Positions 58,025-64,000 of a DNA stretch of 64,000 bases are shown here, piece after piece. A program made the position numbers and the translations under genes. Position 1 is the first letter of the stretch. Each line of letters opens with the position of its first letter. Under the pieces are notes generated by a model, which searched no databases, was not told the DNA's origin, and saw only the letters and a list, made by a program, of their open reading frames with translations. Location of the stretch: the NCBI RefSeq assembly GCF_053078305.1, contig NZ_CP166879.1; one strand, given 5' to 3'.

Positions 58025-59434
58025 ATGTCCGCTGAACACGTACTGACGATGCTGAACGAGCACGAAGTGAAGTTTGTTGATTTGCGCTTCACCGATACCA
58101 AAGGTAAAGAACAGCACGTCACTATCCCTGCTCATCAGGTGAATGCTGAATTCTTCGAAGAAGGCAAAATGTTTGACGGCTCCTCGATTGGCGGCTGGAA
58201 AGGCATTAACGAATCCGACATGGTGCTGATGCCAGACGCATCCACCGCAGTGATTGACCCGTTCTTCGCCGACTCTACCCTGATTATCCGTTGCGACATC
58301 CTTGAACCTGGCACCCTGCAAGGCTATGACCGTGACCCGCGCTCCATCGCGAAGCGCGCTGAAGATTACCTGCGTTCTACTGGCATTGCCGACACCGTGC
58401 TGTTCGGGCCAGAACCAGAATTCTTCCTGTTCGATGACATCCGTTTCGGATCATCTATCTCCGGTTCTCACGTTGCCATCGACGATATCGAAGGCGCGTG
58501 GAACTCCTCCACCCAATACGAAGGTGGCAACAAAGGTCACCGTCCGGCAGTGAAAGGCGGTTACTTCCCGGTTCCGCCGGTAGACTCTGCTCAGGATATT
58601 CGTTCTGAAATGTGTCTGGTGATGGAACAGATGGGTCTGGTGGTTGAAGCCCATCACCACGAAGTAGCGACTGCTGGTCAGAACGAAGTGGCTACCCGCT
58701 TCAATACCATGACCAAAAAAGCTGACGAAATTCAGATCTACAAATATGTTGTGCACAACGTAGCGCACCGCTTCGGTAAAACTGCGACCTTTATGCCAAA
58801 ACCAATGTTCGGTGATAACGGCTCCGGTATGCACTGCCACATGTCGCTGTCTAAAAACGGCGTTAACCTGTTCGCGGGCGACAAATACGCAGGTCTGTCT
58901 GAGCAGGCGCTGTACTACATTGGCGGCGTAATCAAACACGCTAAAGCGATTAACGCCCTGGCAAACCCGACCACCAACTCTTATAAGCGTCTGGTCCCGG
59001 GCTACGAAGCACCGGTAATGCTGGCTTACTCTGCACGCAACCGTTCTGCGTCTATCCGTATTCCGGTGGTTTCTTCTCCGAAAGCGCGTCGTATCGAAGT
59101 GCGTTTCCCGGACCCGGCGGCTAACCCGTACCTGTGCTTTGCTGCCCTGCTGATGGCCGGTCTTGATGGCATCAAGAACAAGATCCATCCGGGCGAAGCC
59201 ATGGACAAAAACCTGTATGACCTGCCGCCAGAAGAAGCGAAAGAGATCCCACAAGTTGCAGGCTCTCTGGAAGAAGCACTGAACGAGCTGGATCTGGACC
59301 GCGAGTTCCTGAAAGCCGGTGGCGTGTTCACGGATGAAGCGATCGATGCGTACATCGCTCTGCGTCGCGAAGAAGATGACCGCGTGCGTATGACTCCGCA
59401 TCCGGTAGAGTTTGAGCTGTACTACAGCGTCTAA
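58025..59434 (+). CDS. glnA: Glutamine synthetase
   Basis: 469-aa ORF recognised as GlnA. Confidence 0.98.
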
Positions 59435-59495
59435 TAGTTGAAGTTGTACTACCCGGCGCAACAACGCCGGGATTTAGTTGCCGTGGAAACTTTCA

Positions 59496-59520
59496 GCCCA
59501 TCTCTGCATGGGCTTTTTTC
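59496..59520 (+). terminator. glnA intrinsic terminator (3' end of the glnA 3'UTR, candidate GlnZ sRNA)
   Basis: Hairpin gcccat-ctctgc-atgggc followed by T6; preceded by a second hairpin cccggcg-caacaa-cgccggg at about 59453..59472. Confidence 0.7.
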
Positions 59521-59607
59521 TCCGTCAATTCTCTGATGCTTCGCGCTTTTTATCCGTAAAAAGCTATAATGCACTAAAATGGTGCAACCTGTTCAGGAGA
59601 CTGCTTT

Positions 59608-60657
59608 ATGGCAACAGGCACGCAGCCCGATGCTGGGCAGATCCTCAACTCGCTGATTAACAGTATTTTGTTAATCGATGACAACCTGGCGATCCATTAC
59701 GCCAACCCCGCCGCGCAACAACTGCTCGCCCAAAGCTCCCGCAAATTGTTTGGTACGCCGTTACCGGAACTGTTGAGCTACTTCTCATTAAATATCGAGC
59801 TGATGCAAGAAAGTCTGGAGGCGGGGCAAGGTTTTACCGATAACGAAGTGACGCTAGTGATCGACGGTCGCTCGCATATCCTTTCTGTGACGGCCCAGCG
59901 TATGCCGGACGGCATGATCCTGCTGGAGATGGCGCCGATGGATAACCAGCGCCGCTTAAGTCAGGAACAGCTACAGCACGCCCAGCAGGTTGCTGCCCGT
60001 GATTTAGTGCGCGGCCTGGCACATGAGATTAAAAATCCGCTTGGCGGTTTACGTGGCGCGGCGCAGCTACTCAGCAAAGCATTACCTGACCCGTCACTGC
60101 TGGAATATACCAAAGTGATTATCGAACAGGCGGACCGGCTGCGAAATCTGGTCGACCGTCTGTTGGGGCCGCAGCTGCCCGGTACGCGCGTTACCGAAAG
60201 TATTCACAAAGTAGCTGAACGCGTGGTAACGCTGGTGTCGATGGAACTGCCGGACAACGTGCGGTTGATTCGTGATTACGATCCCAGCCTGCCGGAACTG
60301 GCGCACGACCCGGATCAAATTGAACAGGTCTTGCTGAATATTGTGCGCAATGCGCTACAGGCGCTGGGGCCGGAGGGTGGTGAAATCATTCTGCGTACCC
60401 GCACCGCGTTTCAACTGACCTTACACGGCGAGCGCTACCGGCTGGCGGCGCGGATTGATGTGGAAGATAACGGGCCAGGCATTCCGCCTCATTTGCAGGA
60501 TACGCTGTTTTACCCGATGGTCAGCGGCCGCGAAGGTGGCACCGGGCTTGGCTTATCCATCGCTCGTAATTTGATTGATCAGCATTCAGGCAAAATTGAA
60601 TTTACCAGTTGGCCAGGGCATACCGAGTTCTCGGTTTACCTGCCTATCAGGAAATAA
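59608..60657 (+). CDS. glnL: Nitrogen regulation sensor kinase NtrB
   Basis: 349-aa ORF; PAS plus histidine-kinase motifs. Confidence 0.96.
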
Positions 60658-60668
60658 AGGTGACGTTT

Positions 60669-62078
60669 ATGCAACGAGGGATAGTCTGGGTAGTCGATGA
60701 CGATAGTTCCATCCGTTGGGTGCTTGAACGTGCGCTCGCTGGAGCGGGTTTAACCTGTACGACATTTGAGAACGGCGCGGAGGTACTGGAGGCGCTGGCG
60801 AGCAAAACGCCGGATGTGCTGCTTTCAGATATCCGTATGCCGGGAATGGACGGGCTGGCGCTGCTCAAGCAGATTAAACAGCGCCATCCGATGCTTCCGG
60901 TCATCATTATGACCGCACATTCCGATCTGGATGCTGCCGTCAGCGCCTATCAACAAGGGGCGTTTGATTATCTGCCCAAACCGTTTGATATCGACGAAGC
61001 CGTGGCGCTGGTTGAGCGCGCCATCAGTCATTACCAGGAACAGCAGCAGCCGCGTAATGTTCAGCTTAACGGCCCAACGACCGATATCATCGGCGAAGCG
61101 CCAGCCATGCAGGACGTGTTCCGTATTATCGGTCGGCTTTCGCGTTCTTCTATTAGCGTGCTGATTAACGGCGAATCCGGCACCGGTAAAGAACTGGTCG
61201 CTCATGCCCTGCATCGCCACAGTCCGCGAGCCAAAGCGCCATTTATCGCGCTGAATATGGCAGCTATCCCAAAAGATTTGATCGAATCAGAACTGTTTGG
61301 TCACGAGAAAGGCGCGTTTACCGGCGCGAATACCATTCGTCAGGGGCGTTTTGAACAGGCTGATGGCGGTACATTATTCCTCGATGAAATTGGCGATATG
61401 CCGCTGGATGTGCAGACGCGTTTGCTGCGCGTGCTGGCAGATGGTCAGTTTTACCGCGTTGGCGGCTATGCGCCGGTGAAAGTGGATGTGCGGATTATCG
61501 CTGCCACTCACCAGAATCTTGAACAGCGGGTGCAGGAAGGTAAGTTCCGTGAGGATCTGTTCCACCGCCTGAACGTTATCCGCGTTCATCTGCCGCCGCT
61601 GCGCGAACGTCGGGAAGATATTCCCCGTCTGGCGCGCCATTTTTTACAGGTTGCCGCGCGCGAACTGGGCGTAGAAGCGAAGTTGCTGCATCCGGAAACC
61701 GAAGCTGCTCTGACGCGTCTGGCGTGGCCAGGCAACGTGCGCCAGCTGGAAAACACCTGCCGCTGGCTAACGGTGATGGCCGCCGGGCAGGAAGTGTTGA
61801 TTCAGGATTTGCCCGGCGAACTGTTTGAATCAACGGTTGCGGAGAGTACTTCGCAAATGCAACCGGACAGTTGGGCGACGCTTCTTGCGCAGTGGGCAGA
61901 CAGAGCGCTGCGTTCCGGTCATCAAAATCTGCTTTCCGAAGCGCAGCCAGAGCTGGAGCGGACGTTACTGACGACCGCGTTGCGACATACGCAGGGGCAT
62001 AAACAGGAAGCGGCGCGGCTACTTGGCTGGGGCCGTAACACCCTGACGCGTAAGTTAAAAGAGCTGGGGATGGAGTGA
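60669..62078 (+). CDS. glnG: Nitrogen regulation response regulator NtrC (sigma-54 activator)
   Basis: Trimmed to [12 protein letters not shown] start giving 469 aa; receiver, AAA+ (GESGTGKE) and C-terminal HTH. Confidence 0.96.
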   Translation: MQRGIVWVVDDDSSIRWVLERALAGAGLTCTTFENGAEVLEALASKTPDVLLSDIRMPGMDGLALLKQIKQRHPMLPVIIMTAHSDLDAAVSAYQQGAFDYLPKPFDIDEAVALVERAISHYQEQQQPRNVQLNGPTTDIIGEAPAMQDVFRIIGRLSRSSISVLINGESGTGKELVAHALHRHSPRAKAPFIALNMAAIPKDLIESELFGHEKGAFTGANTIRQGRFEQADGGTLFLDEIGDMPLDVQTRLLRVLADGQFYRVGGYAPVKVDVRIIAATHQNLEQRVQEGKFREDLFHRLNVIRVHLPPLRERREDIPRLARHFLQVAARELGVEAKLLHPETEAALTRLAWPGNVRQLENTCRWLTVMAAGQEVLIQDLPGELFESTVAESTSQMQPDSWATLLAQWADRALRSGHQNLLSEAQPELERTLLTTALRHTQGHKQEAARLLGWGRNTLTRKLKELGME

Positions 62079-62189
62079 TTCACGGCTTGTGTGTAAAGAT
62101 TGATTATTGAGCGCAAATTGCTGGTATTTTGCGCTTTACTGTTCCGATAAGTTCAGTATGATCTTGCCCGGAAAACGGGGAGAGTCATT

Positions 62190-62300
62190 ATGCTGGAATC
62201 AATAATTAATCTGGTATCGAGTGGCGCAGTTGACAGCCACACACCGCAAACTGCTGTTGCTGCCGTGCTGTGTGCCGCGATGATTGGGCTGTTTAGTTGA
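62190..62300 (+). CDS. yshB: Small membrane protein (36 aa)
   Basis: ATG preceded by GGGGAGAG Shine-Dalgarno; MLESIINLVSSGAVDSHTPQTAVAAVLCAAMIGLFS; recalled as yshB between glnG and hemN. Confidence 0.55.
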   Translation: MLESIINLVSSGAVDSHTPQTAVAAVLCAAMIGLFS

Positions 62301-62334
62301 GTTTCAGATTGCTGATGAAGTGCTCTTTGTTCAT

Positions 62335-62423
62335 GCCGGATGCGGCGTGAACGCCTTATCCGGCCTACAAAAGCAATATTTTCAACAGGTTTTGTAGGCC
62401 TGATAAGCGTAGCGCATCAGGCA
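62335..62423. repeat. REP/BIME element pair
   Basis: gccggatgcggcgtgaacgccttatccggcctac ... gtaggcctgataagcgtagcgcatcaggc. Confidence 0.85.
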
Positions 62424-62489
62424 ATCTTGTTCTCAGCACATTGATGGCGCTTTCGTTTTCTACTTTGTAAACGAAGCGCCATTCACTAT

Positions 62490-63863
62490 TTAAATCACCC
62501 GAGAGAACTGCTGCATCCGCGCTTTCTGGCGCAGATAGGTATCAAAGCACATGCAAATGTTGCGGATCAGCAAGCGACCTTTCGCCGTCACCTGTATTCC
62601 CTTCTCATCCACATCCACCAGCCCATCTTTTGCTAACGGGGCGAGCAGCTTGAGATCTTCCGCAAAGTAATCAGCGAAGTGCAAATCCCACTGTTTCTCA
62701 ATAGGGGCGTAATCCAGACGGAAGTTGCAGATGAGCGACTTAATCACATCGCGGCGAATACAGTCATCACGCGTTAGCGCAATACCACGCCACAGCGCAT
62801 TGCCTTGTTCATCCACTTGCTGATAGTACTGCTTCAACTCTTTCTGGTTCTGCGCGTAGCAGTCGCCAATCATACTGATGGCGGAAACGCCCATCCCCAG
62901 CAGATCGGTATCGCCCTGAGTGGTGTAGCCCTGAAAGTTACGATGCAGCACGCCTTCACGCTGGGCCAACGCCAGCTCGTCATCAGGACGGGCAAAGTGA
63001 TCCATACCGATAAACTGATAGCCCGATTGCGTCAGGAAGGCGATGGTTTCCTGCAGGATATCGAGTTTTTGCTGCGGACTCGGCAGGTCAGCATCTTTGA
63101 TTTTGCGCTGAGCAGCAAAAATGGTCGGCAGATGCGCATAGTTAAAGACGCTCAGACGGTCAGGGTTTAGCTCCGCCACGCGTTTCAGGGTAAAGGCGAA
63201 ACTTTCCGGCGTCTGTTTCGGCAGGCCGTAAATCAGGTCGATGTTGGTGGAGGTAAAGCCAATCTCACGCGCATGGTTAAGCAGCGCAAAGATAAACTCT
63301 TCATCCTGCTCGCGGTTAACCAGACGTTGCACTTCTTTGTTGAAGTCCTGCACGCCCATACTCAGGCGATTAAAGCCCTCGGCGCGTAAATGATCGAGTA
63401 CATCCAGTTCGATTTCCCGCGGATCGACTTCGATCGAAATCTCCGCATCGGCATTGAACTGGAAGTTTTCGCGCAGCAGCTTCATCAGGCGGCTGATTTG
63501 CGCTTTATTAAGATACGTCGGCGTTCCGCCGCCCCAGTGCAGCTGGCTGACGTGACGCCCGGCGAACAGCGGTGCACGATGGACGATTTCTTGCTCCAGC
63601 GCGTCCAGATACTGATCGGCCTTGTGCTGCTGGCGAGTAACAATCTTATTGCAGCCGCAGAAGTAACAAAGCTTATGGCAGAACGGGATATGTACGTAGA
63701 GAGATAATGGACGCTCAGGATAGCGCGCCACGGCTTGTAAAAACGCCTGTTCGCCGAAGTCTTCTGAAAACTCCAGCGCGGTCGGGTACGAGGTGTATCG
63801 TGGCCCGGAATAGTTATATTTCTGGATCAGGGCCAGATCCCAGTCGATTTGCTGTACAGACAT
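62490..63863 (-). CDS. hemN: Oxygen-independent coproporphyrinogen III oxidase (radical SAM)
   Basis: 457 aa from MSVQQIDWDLALIQKY; CxxxCxxC radical-SAM motif (CHKLCYFCGC); GGAAGGAG Shine-Dalgarno. Confidence 0.96.
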   Translation of the reverse strand: MSVQQIDWDLALIQKYNYSGPRYTSYPTALEFSEDFGEQAFLQAVARYPERPLSLYVHIPFCHKLCYFCGCNKIVTRQQHKADQYLDALEQEIVHRAPLFAGRHVSQLHWGGGTPTYLNKAQISRLMKLLRENFQFNADAEISIEVDPREIELDVLDHLRAEGFNRLSMGVQDFNKEVQRLVNREQDEEFIFALLNHAREIGFTSTNIDLIYGLPKQTPESFAFTLKRVAELNPDRLSVFNYAHLPTIFAAQRKIKDADLPSPQQKLDILQETIAFLTQSGYQFIGMDHFARPDDELALAQREGVLHRNFQGYTTQGDTDLLGMGVSAISMIGDCYAQNQKELKQYYQQVDEQGNALWRGIALTRDDCIRRDVIKSLICNFRLDYAPIEKQWDLHFADYFAEDLKLLAPLAKDGLVDVDEKGIQVTAKGRLLIRNICMCFDTYLRQKARMQQFSRVI

Positions 63864-64000
63864 GCTCACTCCTTCCGATGGCGTCTCTGGCGGCTACGGC
63901 GTACCGGCGGATGCCCGTTTCGGGTCATCAGCCGGTTGCGCAGCCACTTTTGTCGCCGCGACAACCGCTGTAGTTTAACGAATAACCACACCAGATAACA

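Noticed and set aside
58451-59464. 337-aa minus-strand ORF
   Set aside because: Antisense to glnA; Arg/Val-rich composition typical of reverse-frame translation.

Overview
This window looks like Escherichia coli chromosome (K-12 88-min region, in reverse orientation to MG1655): glpX-fpr-uspD-yiiSRQ-tpiA-cdh-sbp-pfkA-fieF-cpxPRA-yiiM-kdgT-sodA-rhaT-rhaRS/rhaBADM-frvABXR-yiiG-fdhD-fdoGHI-fdhE-yiiFE-yiiD-dtd-yihY-yihX ... yihNML-typA-glnALG-yshB-hemN. Gene calls rest on the supplied ORF track plus my recollection of the K-12 proteins; no searches were run, so identities, lengths and K-12 synteny statements are from memory. Many track ORFs carry N-terminal extensions from upstream GTG/TTG starts and were trimmed to the ATG that matches the known protein. 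Three segments do not fit the K-12 order as I recall it. (1) A low-GC islet (about 38.45-40.85 kb) between the yiiE/yiiF pair and yiiD carries a 604-aa protein with a CKSAKDRT (CX5R) motif like the IpgD/SopB phosphoinositide-phosphatase effectors; this is the best candidate for something new. (2) A 464-aa coiled-coil plus beta-barrel porin-like gene sits between rhaM and frvA. (3) Between yihX and yihN the sulfoquinovose-type cluster appears inverted and partly replaced: yihT/U/V/W-like genes are followed by a Zn-dependent dehydrogenase interrupted by an in-frame TAA, two MFS transporters and a mutarotase-like gene, with no yihS/yihQ/yihO/yihP/ompL. Also present are REP/BIME elements (including a 5-copy tandem array between rhaA and rhaD), the fdoG selenocysteine UGA, and the cpxP and glnA regulatory regions.
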